Positions 28,801 through 44,808 are shown, counted from the first letter of the stretch. The stretch is 64,000 bases of DNA from the human T2T-CHM13v2.0 reference genome, Homo sapiens (GCF_009914755.1 NC_060925.1), one strand, 5' to 3'. Translations and numbers: made by a program. Notes: generated from the sequence alone by a model not told the origin.

Positions 28801-31513
28801 CTTTCCACATACAAATCACTCATTTGTACAGATTAAAGGGGGGAAACGCTGACTGTTCTAAAGAAGATAGGACTTGCTTATTCCAGAAATGACTGAGTTC
28901 ATATCTTAGTATATTTGAACAGTAAGGACTGCTAAATAGTACACACATAAAATTCAGGATCACAGGAATGAAATGATTTGCACTCTTTGAACAGAAAGGA
29001 CAGCAGCAGTGTAAGGAATAGGCTCTCAAGCTAAAAACTGAGAACATGAAAACCTCTGAGGACCTGACTGCAGTTGTCAAGAAAAGTAGAGATAAGGTTG
29101 GGGAGAAGCAGACAGATCTCAGGGCCAGAAACGCCAACATTTGGTGACAGGTGGGATATAATCAATAAATGGGGAATGAAGGCATTAACTTGGGTTTGTA
29201 ACACAATGCATCTGTGCAAATTTTCAGCACCCCTTGCTTTTTGCCTCAATTAGGCAATGATGATTACTTCCTGTGTCAAAGCTTATAAAACAGACTAGTG
29301 TTTTCCCAAAGAACATAGGATCACAAAGAAAGAATTCACTGTCTCCCTATCAGATGTTTGGCTTCCTTGCCTCTTTTGCTCTTCCAGATTTTGTGACCTG
29401 GGTTAGAGTTTAGAAAGAACCCCCTAGAAACTTTTCTGATGTTCTCTGGTTTGATGATGAAGGCGTCTAATAAAACACATCAACTCTAAGCCTCTACCTC
29501 TACTTCTCTAAACCTGAAGTTTAGAAATGAAAGTCATGCCTGGAAATGTTTCACATCATTAGCACTGACAGCGTTTACAGGGAAATAGAGAAAACGTATA
29601 TGGATTAATTTTCTTTTAGATCAAGGGTGTGGGCAACTAGATTTCTAGAGCCTTCAGCCTGTCTATCGGTGATGCTGGAAAAGGAAGAGGATGAGCTGTA
29701 AGTGCAGTAACTGACCCCTGTCTAGGTTTTCTTGCTAAATACGCCCTCCATGAAACAGACAACATAAGTATTTTGAACTGTAAGAATGTTAAGAAATTTC
29801 TGTCCCTGAGCAGCAGATCGAAGAGTGATTATTCTGGGATTCTAGAATCAGTTCATTCTTTTCTTTCTCCCTCTCCCTCCGCTCTCCTTTCTTTCCAGTT
29901 TAAAATCACTCAGTCTCTTAGTAGAAATTTAACATCAAAGAACTGTCAAACTTGCTAATTTGTGATTTTTTAAGCATGTGCCGCCTTAAACTATCAAAGC
30001 TTTAACCTGTATCTAATTAAATGTTAAAATCTGGCAAAGAGTAGACCTACAGTCCCCAAGTGATCTGGTTTCTGAACTTTGTTTTGCTTTCACAAATGTG
30101 AGCCAATTTGCCCTAAATCTGGGTATTTCATGTAGCATCTTGAGAGATGTATTTAAAGTGCCTGTGGCAATAACATTTCATTTGTACCCATTTTGATGAT
30201 TCTGGGTGCCCTCTTGATAAGGCAGCCAGGTTGTGCTGTAAAAAAAAACAATGTAGAGGTTTCAGTCTTAGGTGTTTGAAACTGTTGGATCTCTCAAAAT
30301 TGATTAGCTGAAATATACCTTTTCTGCGTAACTGAATTCACCAGTAATTCCATTTGAAGCGGGCAGAGCCTTTCTGAAAATGGATGATCAGAAATGAGTG
30401 ACATTTTATTCAACCAAGAGTTACCAGAGACATATTTTTTTTCCTTTAAAAGTAATTTAAAATTCGCCAGAGGATTACTAATTAGGTCTCTTGGCATAGC
30501 ATGGTTATCTGATCAGACTGTCATGCCCATAAACAGTAAAAATGCAGCATGTTGATCCATTCATGTCTGTTTTTAAAGGAGGCTGTGGACTTTAAACTCC
30601 TCTCTCGCAGGCTTGCTCTTTGTTTCATGTGGGGGCTCTTTGAATAACACCTTAGATGAGAACAATGTTTAAGAAATAGGCCAGTTATATTTTGCTTTTC
30701 TATTTCTACCATGCTAATGGCTCTCTACTTGATCGTTTAATCACTGATCCAAATCCAGATGGAATTAGATGCTCCTTCCTGCTGTAGTCCTGCAGTCAGA
30801 CAGTCTGTAATGTTTGATACGGATCTTCTGAGTGGACAAGATGAGATTAGATTAGTCTCTCTGGGAGCCAGCCCTATTCATTTTCTAAGAAAGTTATACT
30901 GGAGGCCTGAGGACTGCCAAGAGCAAAGTGGAAACAGAGCCCAGCCTTTTCCTCTTATCAAGATCCACAGTAGTTCCACATTAAGTAGTGGAGATTTGAA
31001 TAATATTGGATCAGAATCCAGGAAGGAGGTCCTTGCCACCCACGATTGGAATGTGAACTTCATGTGTTACAACTTTATTACCTTTTCTTATTTTAATATA
31101 TGACAAAGACTGAAATCTCTGGCATGGAGTCAGTGGCAAATTTTACTTTTGTGGGTTTTTTTTTCTACATTTAGTATTTATTGAGCCCCCACTGTTTGCC
31201 AGGCACTGCACTACAGGCTCTCTCTGCACCATGAGCTTAACCTTTCAGTAATCCTCATATTCAATCCTTTACAACTGTTTAGAACTTTATAATTTACAAG
31301 GCGCTTTCATTTCACATTTATCCTCTCATTAGATTCTCACGTGGAAGGGTAGATACCATTATCCTCGTTTTACAGTTGAAACTGACACAGCTAGGAGGTG
31401 GAAGATGGGCTCCCCAGCCCTCAAGATTCCTAGTCCATCAAACCCTGATGCCCTTCCTGATATGTGCCTGTCTCTCAAAGTCAGCAAGGGCTGTAATACA
31501 GATTAAACAATTG

Positions 31514-31682
31514 CAGTGGTTCTTAGGCTATAATCCCATCTCTGGACCAATAGTGTCAGCATCCCCTAGGAACTTGTTGAAAGGCAGATTCTTAGGCCCT
31601 AGCCTTCTGAGTAGGACCTAGCACTATGTTTATTAATAAGCTTTCAGGTGGTTCTGACCAAGACTAAAGTTAAGAACCACTG
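31514..31682. mobile_element. MER5A-like hAT MITE
   Basis: TIRs cagtggttctta / taagaaccactg and internal cagcatcccctaggaacttgtt. Confidence 0.75.
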
Positions 31683-32675
31683 GTCTAGAGCACCAGTTTA
31701 CAGATGAGACGACTGAAGCTCTAGTTGAGCTTAACCTAGCTGGTTAAGTAACCTAAGGCTTCTCATAACAAAAGTTGTGAACTAGGATGTGAACCCAGGT
31801 CAGTCTGGCTCCAACACCATCTGTTTTCTACATTGGACTGCGTTATAAACTATAGTGTATCTTATATATTTCATTATTGGTAAATTCCTCTCTGAAATAT
31901 CGTTTTGGGGGACCACAGAGCAGGTCAATAAGAAGAAAAAAGTCCCAATGTGCTCTTCTGGAGTAAGGCAAACAATGCCACCCCTTCTAATGAGTTTCTG
32001 TTTTCTGTGTGAGGTGAATGTGGGGGCTAAACCTCAGCGTGGCTACTAGTGTGCTCAGGAAATTCAGGGACAGAGCCGAGAATCCAAAATGGCTACCCAA
32101 ACTAAGTGCATTTCATCTGGACTTTCTGGTCCCAGTGTTCTTTGGTCATACTTAATAGTTTACTGTGATGGATTTAATGGCAAGAGGGCTCCTTGCCCTG
32201 GCTTGGCAATATCTGTGGAGCCATGGGTTGACGTAGTGTGGGAATACTTGTGGCTACTTGGAAATCCCTGTTGCTGTCATCATTGGCAGTGCTTCCCAGC
32301 CGAGATTCTTAGTCTGTGGTCACGTGTGAACTCTTCCAGTCATGCAGCTTAAACAGAAGTGCCCACTTGTTTCTCACAAATTATATCTGCATTTTTTTTT
32401 CTCCTAGAAGCAAGAGCCCAGACCAAGGGTTAGTCGATAGCTCAAGGGACTTCCAGGGAAATCAGAACTGATCTTCGTGCATAGCAATGCTTATAGGCTT
32501 CCTTCCACACACACTGAGAGATCAGCAGGGCAGTGGACTGAGCCTTCGGGTGCAATGCATTTCCTCAACACATTCTTTTTGAAAGAGGAAGATTGTTGCC
32601 CATGTATAGTGTACTTCTTATGTGCCGGCACTGTACCAAGTGCTATGCATTTGTTAACACTCATTTCATCCCCCC

Positions 32676-32824
32676 TTTTTTTTTAAGAGAAAGAGGATCT
32701 CACTCTGTCACCCATGCTGGAGTGCAGTGGCACAACCATGGCTCACTGCAGCCTCGAACTCATGGGCTCAAGACTCAGCCTCCCAAAGTGCTAAGATTAC
32801 ACGCTTGAGCCCCCATGGCTGGCC
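32676..32824 (-). mobile_element. Monomeric/deleted Alu (FLAM-like) inserted in a MIR (about 32600-32990)
   Basis: ctcactctgtcacccatgctggagtgcagtgg...gcctcccaaagtgc; TSD tcatttcatcc. Confidence 0.8.
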
Positions 32825-32928
32825 TCATTTCATCCTCTTAATCCTCTGAGGAAGGTACTACTAGCAGCCCCATTTTACAGATGAGAATGAATTAGAAGTT
32901 CAGATGCTTTCTTACAGTCACACAGCTA

Positions 32929-33389
<461 letters not shown>

Positions 33390-36300
33390 GTCTTGCCATG
33401 TCTTTTCTGCCTCTTTTACACAGCCCCACAGGGCTTGGCAACAGGAAAAGCATGACCTAGGGCTATGGCAGTCACCCATGTGGGCTATAGCTATGGCTGC
33501 AACTCAGTGCGGCCTCCAACGACGAGGACTGGGAGTTTGGAGGGGCAAATTTAGGCCATTTTGTTTTCTTGAAATGCTTCCTCCTAGTCCCTAAATTCAG
33601 TCCCAGGTCAATAAATGGCAGTTAGTTATTCTCGGTGGTCGTGGTGATGTCTAAAGACTGACAGGATTCCCAGATTCAATGTTGGGAAAATCACCTTGAG
33701 TCCACTTTTCAATGTGCTGGGGAGTGAGTACAGGCCAAGTTCAAGTCATCAGTTCCCAGCGGTTCAGCCAGCGTGTCTTGTGAATTCTCCCAGGGCTCTC
33801 TGGTTTTAGCAGGGTCTCCATGTGCAAACCTTGCCTTTGCACAAGAGCCACCATGGCAGGAGGTTGACCAAGCTGTTCTGGGGAGGTGAAAGGTGCTGAG
33901 AAGTTGATGCTTCCTCCTAAGTGCTGTATGGAGCAGGCTTGGCCCAGATCCAACATGGGCACCCAGCAAAGACTGGTTGTCTCCTGGTGTCCCTGCAGCC
34001 CTCCCAGCCATCCCCTCACTTCCCACTGTGGCATGCTGCTTACAGCTCTCTCCCTCCACATGCCTGAGGGCCTTTCTGCAAAGAGGGGTTCAGAGATATC
34101 CATGACCAGCCAGTCTAACCTTTTCAGGGTGGGAGGGCAGAGCAGAAGTTTTACAGTGGATACGAGGCCTGAAGCCAAAGGAGTAAAACCTCTGCCTCAT
34201 GGGAGTCCAGGCATGCTTAGGCAGGAGGGGTGGCAGGTGGGTAGGACAGCCTCTTGACTCCAGAAATCTCACTTCATAAGTGGCACCTGCTCTGAGCTCT
34301 CCAGATATCCCTGAATTTGGTTTTACCCTCTGTTCTTGCCTCTTCCTGTCTCCCTCCTCCTGCTCAGTCCCTCACCACAACATTCCTTTTGTGTTTAGGG
34401 AGATTTCCTAGCACCTCCCTGGCTAACAGATCAGATCCATCTGAGTCACACTGAGCCTCCCATTTAGTAACTTAGGACTCTGGAGTCCGGGTGGCCTAGG
34501 CGTCATGCCAAACTCACTACTGCTAATAGTAATGCTATTATAATGGCTTTTATACTTAAATCTCCTTTCTTCCAGGAGCCCCAAGGTCTTTAACAAATGC
34601 AAGAATTACACTACTCTCCAAAAAATAGAAACTGAAGGAAAATACATTCCTTATTCCAAGTCTACTCCTTCATGGCCTTACATAGTTGCTTTGAAGGATG
34701 GATCTTTAAAGATTCATAAGCTTTGGTGGGTGAGTGGGGTGGACAAAGGAGATAGGCTTTCTTATTGCCTGAGGCCCCACCAGTTTCACCATCTTATCTT
34801 TCGTTGGTTTTGCAGCTCAAAGACCTTGAAACTACATCTGGATGAGTCTAATAAACTGGTATCTTAGAAGAAGAGATAAGGTTCAATACGAAGATGTTTG
34901 GCTCTCATACCCCCAGAGGTTATGGGCCCAACAGATGCTCACTGAGCTCAGCTTGTCATTGCGTGGTTTAGGACAGACAACAAGGAACCTTGAAGGATGG
35001 AGTCAGCTTAAAAGGCAAGCATTAGGTTTGGCTACACACCCCTATCCTTAGCACCTGTGAAGATCTCAGAGTGCAAAGAGAAATACAGATCATGGCCCAC
35101 TCCTCTATGCCTGGCACTGCTGGGTGCAGAGGAAGGGAAGAAGCACCAGGGGTGGGCTTGGCCAGGACGTGCCCTCCTTTCAAGGGTCCAGCCACCTTGT
35201 TTAATGTAAGGGAAAGAGAATTCATCTTGATGCCAAGCAACATAGCTTCCCGTTCTGACTGCACCTTTTCTCACCTGGCATTCCCTCAATGTCCACCAGG
35301 TTGCTTTCTTTCTGTTGGAGGAGAAAATGCTATCTAACTTTAAGTATTAAGATCTGATCTCCTGATTCAAACTCATTCTTCACACTGATGCCAGAAAGAA
35401 AGTTTCTGTCTTCCAGAGAGAAAGTTCATGTTGCTTCTTCCCTCAGAAAGTCTCAGTGGCTTCCCACCCACTGTGGGAAGAGGTGCGGCTCCTTTAAGGT
35501 AGCATTCAAGACCTTCTATGCTAGGTCCCTAACTTCCCTTTCAGCCTTGTTTATCACCACAGCTCTCTGGTAGCCTGGACCAACCAGGTCACTTATGCCT
35601 GCTTTCATACCTTTCTCCCTGTTCTTCTCCCAGTTCTCTATGGAAATCTTTCTCACCGTTCAAGACCTAGCTCAAACAGCATCTCTCTGGGACAGTTTCT
35701 TTGATCCTGAAAGTCAGAATTTACTGTTTGTCACTACACTCACAAAGCCCATTGCTTGTTCCTATGTTCAATAATAGTGACATGGGAAGCACATGCTTTT
35801 TGAATAAGACAGACGTGAATTTAAGTCCTGGCTCGCTCACCTGTCATGTGCCTTTTGGAAAATCACTAATCTCTAAGTTTCCTTGTTCTACCAAAAGTAA
35901 AACCAAAGCCAACTTCACCTTATGTGTTGTAAGAATTGAATGAGGTCATAGCTCTAAAATCCTTGGGAGAAGAACATTGTGGGTGAGCTGAAGGCGTCAG
36001 CGTTCCCTAACATTTTGTTCTTGGTATTGTCCACCTGCACTTCTTCCCCTTAGGTGGCAAACTCCAGGTGAGGGCCTTTTCTGGCTCTTGATGTTGGCCC
36101 CATCCAACTCCAACACCATGTCTTGTATAGGGACACTCACTAAACATTTACAACATTGAAAGCACTTAATTTCTCAGTTCCTCAGTTTCTCTATCTGGAC
36201 AGTAGTGAAAAAGAATAGCAAAAAAGAACATTTTGGGCTCTGAAGAAAAACTCCCCATATGCCCCTCCCAGGACGGAGCCTATTGTTAATTGGAAAATAA

Positions 36301-36921
36301 ATAGTTCTCAGCTGAGCATGTCTTTGCCTTTCATGGGGTCCCCTGCGATGCTGTTTGGGAGACAGTTACAGCTACTTTGAGGATAATAATGACTGCCCCA
36401 AACTCCTTTGGAAGAATGTTGGGAAGATAAATGAGATAATCCACCTGACAGCTCTTTGAGCTCTTATGAAAAAGATACCCTTGAAATGTAGGATACAGGT
36501 GTGCCTTGCTTTGGTAGGTGAATTTTGGAGATTTTATAAAAATCTGAACCTACAAAACAGACAAATTAAGGGGTGAAAATTAGCATCGCAAACAGCCTCT
36601 TGGTTTGACAGAAAGATTCACAGCAGGGTCCCTTTAAATAGCCAGCTCCCCTGGTGCATCTAAAATATGACTCAATCTATAAAGAATTTGATTTACATAT
36701 AACCAGTCAGGAACACTTCTACTACAGAGGAGGAAGCACATATGTTTTTTATAATAAAAATCGATAACTCTGGGGTTTTAAAAATATAAAATATTTCTTT
36801 CTTCTCATCATCTTTAATCCTGCAGTTAACACTTCCACTGCTAGGAAGTCGCCTAAAAAACAACTGCATGTTCTGCAGAGGCCGGGCCCTCACGAGCACA
36901 GCTCCAGGAGTGTGCAGGTAG

Positions 36922-37609
<688 letters not shown>

Positions 37610-37760
37610 TAATGTAAGATTGAAAGCAAGTGGTAGACCGCTGACATCTGAAAAAGTAAAGCCCAGCCTTATTTAGAAGCGGGACGATATTTGGCAGATG
37701 CAGGAGCTTCTAGAAATGAGTGAGCTCATTGTTCAACTTTCCTCTTTGGGAGTCTCTCAG

Positions 37761-37763
<3 letters not shown>

Positions 37764-37792
<29 letters not shown>
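37764..37792. repeat. (GT)n microsatellite
   Basis: About 14 GT units. Confidence 0.95.
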
Positions 37793-37794
<2 letters not shown>

Positions 37795-37804
37795 ATGCAT
37801 GTAT

Positions 37805-38220
37805 GCATAACAGCCAGTGCTTGGAACAATCTCCCAAAGATGTCCACATTCCTAATTCCCAGAACCTTCACATATGCTATGTTACATGGCAAGGGGAAAT
37901 TAAGGTTGCAGATGGAATTAAGTTTGCTAATCACCTGACTTTAAAACAGGAAGATTTTCCTAGATTATCCAGGTGGGCCTGGATTATCTAGTGTAATCAC
38001 AAAGGTCCTTAAAAGATGGAAGAGGAAGAAAAATCAGTGTCAAGTGATGCCATGTGAAAAAGACTGGCCTGTTCAGTACTGGCTTTGAAGATGGAAGTGA
38101 CACCAGCCTAGTGAGACCCATTTGGACTTCTGATCTCAAGAACTGTAAGGTTATACATTCGTTTTGCTGTGAGGCACTAAATTTCTGGTAATTTGTTATA
38201 GCAGCCATAGAAAACAAATC
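37805..38220 (+). mobile_element. MLT1-type MaLR solo LTR
   Basis: cccaaagatgtccac...atgttacatggcaagggg...gcagatggaattaag...gtaatttgttatagcagccatagaaaac. Confidence 0.8.
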
Positions 38221-41200
38221 TGGTAGTAGGGAGGTGGGTGGTAGCAGGGGTTATTGCAGCTTCACTGCATATTTCATGCTGAGGAGGCCCGTGTAAAATC
38301 TCTGATTGTTTTTGTAAACATGGATGCAAATTCATATTCAATTGCTACAGGCCCCATGTGTCTAGAACCACATTCTAACCAACAGGCGAGATGCAGGGGA
38401 AAACAGAAATATTGTGGGCTGGCCCTTGAATCATCCTGTGTGCCACACAGGAGAAGACGTAGAATTTCCTCTAATGACAATGACTGCTTTCTTCTGGTTA
38501 ACTTCCCACTTGTAGGTTACCCCACAAAGCCAATGGCACAAGTATGAACAATTCCAAGTTCCTCCCTTCCTCAAAATTACTGTGTCTCTAGGCCCCTCCT
38601 CTGGCTTCAGCAGCTCCCTCTCCATGCAGAGCCCTGGTTCTAGCCGACCAACCATCTTGGAGCTCCTCTATGCCTCCCAGCCCTTCCCTTAGTCCCTCCA
38701 GAGCAAGAGGATGTGGTAAGCTGGCTGGCCTGCCTGAGCATATCCTAGAAAACGGTTTGTGTTGGAGGAGCAATGGAACACTGCTCTGCCTTTGACAGCC
38801 TCCTGACCCCTGAGGGTTCAACACACTTGTCTCCCTCACCTGCCCCTGGTGGGTTGCCCTCTTGCCACTTCCATTGATGACCCCTTTGCACCTTCAACTG
38901 AAGTCTGCACCCACTCCCACCTCCTCTCACAGCCTCAGCTCATCCCTGATGACTCAGATCAAGTTTCCTTAGGGTGAAATGAAGTGGGGTGAAGCTTTGT
39001 CTGCTTCTTAGAGTTCAGGGAATACCCAAAACAATCTAACAGTCACACCACCTGACCAACTTTGTGACCTTATCCACATGAGGAGAAGGCAAGAATCTCA
39101 ACAGCTGAAGTGTGCCAGAAACATTATGTTTTGTTTTAGTGAATCCGTTACAAGTCCCCATTTGGCTTGCTGATTGGCAATTTCAGTTACTGCTGGATAG
39201 TCTTTCTCTCGCTGGGGGTTGTGTCTCCATTGTAGGTGGCTTATTACTATCACAACAGCCTGTGTGTGTGTGTGTCCATGCATGCACAGAGGGGCCCTCT
39301 GACCCAGGTTGTCCATCCACACCAGCCTCCCAGGTCTGTATCACCCCATCCCACCCTTGATCACTGATACCCACAGGTTTGTGGCTGCCCTCTCTCACCC
39401 CCCACTGCAAGGTCTGTGCAGATTTGACTCTTTCTTAACTACTCCTGTGCCCCCTTTTGAGGGCCTGTAGGGAATTCTGCTATGCCTCTGCCCCATACCC
39501 CACACAACTACTCTAGGGCTGTGGGAATTCTATGGGGCTGTCACAGGCCTCTCGATCTGGGCACACCCGGAATCACTTTCTACTCTGCTGCTCCTGTCCA
39601 TGCTGGGCACCCAGGAAACAGACAGTGGTGTCTTTGCTCTTCCATCCCACAACCTCTTTTGTTGTTCTCTTATTCCCCTCCATCCTCCAGGGGGCAGCAG
39701 TAATGCAGCTCTTTCTCAGGGACCCCACTGAGGAGTCCTCTCTTTCCTTCTGCTCTCCTTTGGAGACTCCATCTCATCTTGGGTGGCAAGTGGGGTGGAT
39801 ACACCAAATCTTTTATATCTTAGTCAGACTTCACTTTTGAATCTCAAAACTCAAACAGTTGGATCTTGGGTGCTTTAGTTCCACTGGGACAACTTTTCTT
39901 TGACCTAGAAATGCCACATGTGGGAGGGTCACAACACAACAGTGACACTAGTGAATATATCTCTGCGTTGTCCCCATATGCGGCAAATGGGTGCAAGATG
40001 CTGCCTGCCACTCACTGTGCAAAGACTACCCACACCAGGAAAAAGCAGAGCCTGTGCTCCATGAATCTGCAATCACGGGCATCTAAGCTTAGAATATCCC
40101 ACTCTGTTGCAAGTGAAAACATGTAGGTGTATCTCTTTGGCCCAACTCAAAAGGTAGATGTTTTCTCCCTTTTAATACAGTCACTTGGCAGTTTCAGCTT
40201 TCTATGAACATTCTTCTGGAAAAGAACCTCAGCTCGTTGTGTAGTTAAATTTATTCAGCATATAAATCTCTTAAAATCCATGCCCTTAAATGTTTATGGT
40301 CATGTGGGATATTATCAGTGTCAGAGATGGGCAGGGTTGAAGGAATTTGGGGTCAGACTACTTTCTTTTAATCTTCTCCAAACATTTTAGGTTTGGCAAA
40401 ACTTGAATTGCATTTTGCCAAGCCCCTGTGCCTGTAATTTGTAAACCCCTGTGTATTTTCAGTTAAATGTAGTCCATATGTTTCTGATTGATTTACACTT
40501 AACTCATCTAAACGTTGTTTTGTTAGTGTTATTTGATGTCCAAAGGGCCTCAGAGCCTGTTTACATCTGTCTAAGCTGCTCGTTTTCCTCCCTGAGACTC
40601 AGGAAGATCTGTTTTGCCAAGAGTAAACTAAGTCGAATACTGCACCGCCCCTCCCCGCCTCCACCCCCTAGGATTGGATCAGACTTGGGTAGAATCTGAC
40701 AAAGAGCTGAGGAAGTTGCACTGGGCTTTGAAGTTGACCAAACACTCTACCCTACATTTCACCAAGAGGAATCAGAGCGCAAAGCCTCCCCCTTGGGGAC
40801 TGTGACCAATAACACGAATACAGAGACCAGATCCTAGGCCAGGCCAACTTCCCAGCCTGGCCCTTTTCCTTATGGCACTGACATTCGGCTGCAACTAGCC
40901 ACCACCGACCTCAATAGGCCCGTCCCTTACAACTCTTTCATCCAAGCTTCAGTGGGAAGGGTGGAATAGATTTTATACAGTGAATGAAAGCAATCAGGCC
41001 TCTTGCTAGATCTGTGGTAACAATCTCATAAAGCAAGAGTGTGGTTTTAAAATGAAACAAAAGAAATCCTTAGCTAGTGCCCCATTTCACTGAACCTTAA
41101 TTTTAGATAGCTTGCATTTGCCTTGCAAATGAGTCCACAAATTACCAAGCCACAAGCATTTAAAACCATCCTGCCCACTGCCAGAAGGAGTATGCCTGGC

Positions 41201-41377
41201 AGAACCAATGAGGCTGGCCCCCTACTGCTCCACCACAGTAAAAGTGAGTTATAGGAGTGATGCTTGAACTGAGATGGCATCCCACAATTTTGGAAACATG
41301 GTAACTAGGGATGGGGACAAACTCACTGCAACTTTATGATTCAACATTGAGGGAAATGGCGCTTTGTTTTGAAAGAA

Positions 41378-41683
<306 letters not shown>

Positions 41684-42859
41684 TTAATGTGTATTTGGTC
41701 GTGTTCAAGCAAACTCTATTTGGAATGGAGGTATTTGAGACAAAGAGGAGCCAAGTAACTCTGTAAAATACTATGACGGGTTGTCTTCTCTATATGCAGA
41801 GTTGCATCTCAGAGATAATTATTTCATTGGACTTGGAGGACCCTCTGGGAGATTTCTCTCTTTTTTGGACCCCAAAATGTATCAGGGAAGCCAGATTCTA
41901 GGTAGAAGGAACATGGTCAAAGCATTTGGGGAAAAGCAGGCTGGCCCCTGAAATGAGGGACAAATTAGGAGTTAAGGACGAAGATAGTTAGGACTTCCTA
42001 TCTCTGAGGTTTAACCTTTCTGTTTCTATTTTGTAATTCCCTTCTGCTATCTTTGAGCTTTCAGAAAATTTCGATCAATATTATAGTTTGGTCTTATGTT
42101 CTGGGAGACTAAAGGAGGGGTATGGTTGTATGCAGTGGGGGAGCCAGCGACCTGGAGAAGCCAAGGGTGACTTAGAGGCAGTGGAAAACTTGTCCATCCA
42201 GGGCAACCTGATGTGGCAAACAGGCCTGATCTTTGGAACGTGGATGCATTCCTGGGTGATTCTTAGAAACAACTGGGGTAGGAGAAGCTCACTAAAGACT
42301 GGCTTTCCTGCAGCCTCCTGGGATAGGAGCTAAGGTTGTAGCTGTTTGCATGTTAAGGGAAGAGTCGAGTCTTGAAGGCTGAAGAACTTGGGGACATGAG
42401 TATCACATCAGTGTTAACTCTGGTGGGTGGCCAAGTGGCCATATTTGCATGTCTCACTTTCAAACTGGGCAGCAGTGGTGCTATCACAAGTTCCCTCCTG
42501 CTGGAGCCTCTGCAGAAGGCCAGGCAGGCTGCTCTCCCACAGTCACGTGAGCAGATGTCCTCTCCTGCCTCCATGAACCATCCCGTTTGGTTACCTGGAC
42601 GCCATTATATCCCCCTGCCCCACCATAGTGCTTTCTCTGAACTGCATTTTAGCGTGAAGCCATCAACCTCCACTGAAGGCTGAGAAATGCGTCTCCTGTA
42701 AGCATGTTGTTGAAGCTGCCATTTGCAACCTTAAACGTCTCCTTTTGGTGGAACTCTAATTAGAGAACTTCTTCCTCATCTTCGTATCAGAAGGAGAAGT
42801 AGTTCAGCTCCTCAGGGCCTGGCTTTTTTTTTTTTCTTTTCTTTTCTTTTTTAAGTCAT

Positions 42860-43168
42860 AACTTTTTAGAATTGCGGTAAAATGCACACGACATAAAATT
42901 TACCATCTTAACCGTTTTTATGTGTGTAGTTCAGTAGCAGTCAGTGCCTACACTGCTGTGCCACCATCACCACCATCTATTTCCTGAACTCTTTTCGTCT
43001 TCCCAAATGGAAACCTTGTACCCGTTATACAATAACTCCCCATTCCCCTTCTCTACACTTCCTGGCAGCCAGCGTTCTACTTTCTCTCTCTGTGAATTTG
43101 ACTCCTCTGGGTACCTCCTCTAAGAGGAATCAGACAGTATTTGTCTTTTTGTGACTGGCTTATTTCAT
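42860..43168 (-). mobile_element. L1M 3' terminal fragment
   Basis: cataaaatttaccatcttaacc...ccatcaccaccatc...gaatttgact...ttttgtgactggcttatttca. Confidence 0.8.
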
Positions 43169-43365
43169 GGTTCTGGTTTGTTATGATCACTGAATTCTCT
43201 AACAAATCAGATGTCTCTCCTCCCCCATTTTTTGCTTTGCCATGGCAGCTAGAAAACAAAGCCAAATCTCTGCCTGATCCAAAATAAGCATATGTGCTAG
43301 AAATTTTTGATGTAGCTTCATCCTTTATTCCATTTTTTATTTATAGTCTTGTGTTTTTTTAAAAA

Positions 43366-43628
43366 TTGCTGACCCACCTGTGATTTATTAAATAGTTCTT
43401 TATACAAGGCATCTTTAATCTTCTTTGTAATGAAGAAGAACGTACATTTAAAAATACAGGTTGAGTAGCCCTTATCCAAAATGCTTGGGACTAAAAGTTG
43501 CTGACCCACCTGTGATTTATCAAACAGTTCTTATAGAAGGCATCTCTAATCCTCTTTATAATGAGGAAGAATATATATTTAAAAATACAGGTTGAGTAGC
43601 CCCTATCCAAAATGCTTGGGACCAGGAA
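43366..43628. repeat. Tandem duplication, unit about 132 bp, about 90% identical
   Basis: ttgctgacccacctgtgatttat...caggttgagtagccc.tatccaaaatgcttgggac occurs at 43366 and 43498. Confidence 0.95.
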
Positions 43629-43797
43629 TATTTCAGATTTAGAAAATTGTTGGGGATTTTGGAATGTTTGCATTATAAAATCTGACTCTGAAATGCTCCA
43701 GTGAGCATTTCCTTTGAGCATTTTGATGGCACTCAAAAAGTTTTGGACTTTGGAGCAGTTTGGATTTGGGATACCTGAATTTGGGATACTCAGTCTG
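43588..43797. mobile_element. Tigger4/Zombi-type (MER46) MITE
   Basis: TA-caggttgagta...atccaaaatgcttgggacc ... gggatactcagtctg-TA; internal tgaaatgctccagtgagcatttcctttgagc. Confidence 0.8.
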
Positions 43798-44501
43798 TAT
43801 TAACAAGTAGTTGATGGAGGGATTTAGGGGATTGGGTCAAGCACGTAGTGAAGTGGGTTCTCACAGCCGATGTGAGGCTCATCCAAACAATTGCACCCAT
43901 CCTTGCCCCTGGACGGCACCTCCTGTTGCAGGTGCAGGCAGTGGGGCTGCTCTCACTAATCTCTTCTTCCATGCTGACCCCCTCCGCTCCAAAGTCAATG
44001 AATTCAGATTGCAAATTAGAAGCCCAGGAACTTTTCTTATAACTAAATGTACTGGTCTAAGCTAGTGGGTTTCTAAAAGTATTCTGTGTCTTGCCGCCAA
44101 CACCTTAGTCTTTTAGGGACCCCAGTAAACACTTTCTCTTGGAAGTTCCTGGCATCCAGGAATGGGTTAGCCACTCTGACCAGTGGGCTTTCACGGGTGA
44201 GATTGGGCCTGAGGCTGGGCTTGGAGGTGAGGGATCTGGCTTGAAAGATGAGGACTTCTTATTTAAAGCCAATACTACCAAGCCAGGATCTGAGTGCTTT
44301 TCCTTGGAGTTATTTTTCCACACTGGAGAATTGTTTGTGACCATTAGGCCCTGAGGAGTCAGTTTCTTTTTGCTCATCCTTGAGTGACCACTTAAGCCTG
44401 AACTAGTGCTGGGTGGGGGTGGGGTCTGCCACTGGGCCTTCCAGGGGCTTCTCCTTCATAACCTTTACCACCTGGCAAACCCTGTTGTTACACTTAGCTA
44501 A

Positions 44502-44808
<307 letters not shown>

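Noticed and set aside
43318-43736. Two similar minus-strand peptides (LVPSILD.GYSTCIFK) resembling paralogous small genes
   Set aside because: Explained by the 132-bp tandem duplication and the Tigger4 terminus.
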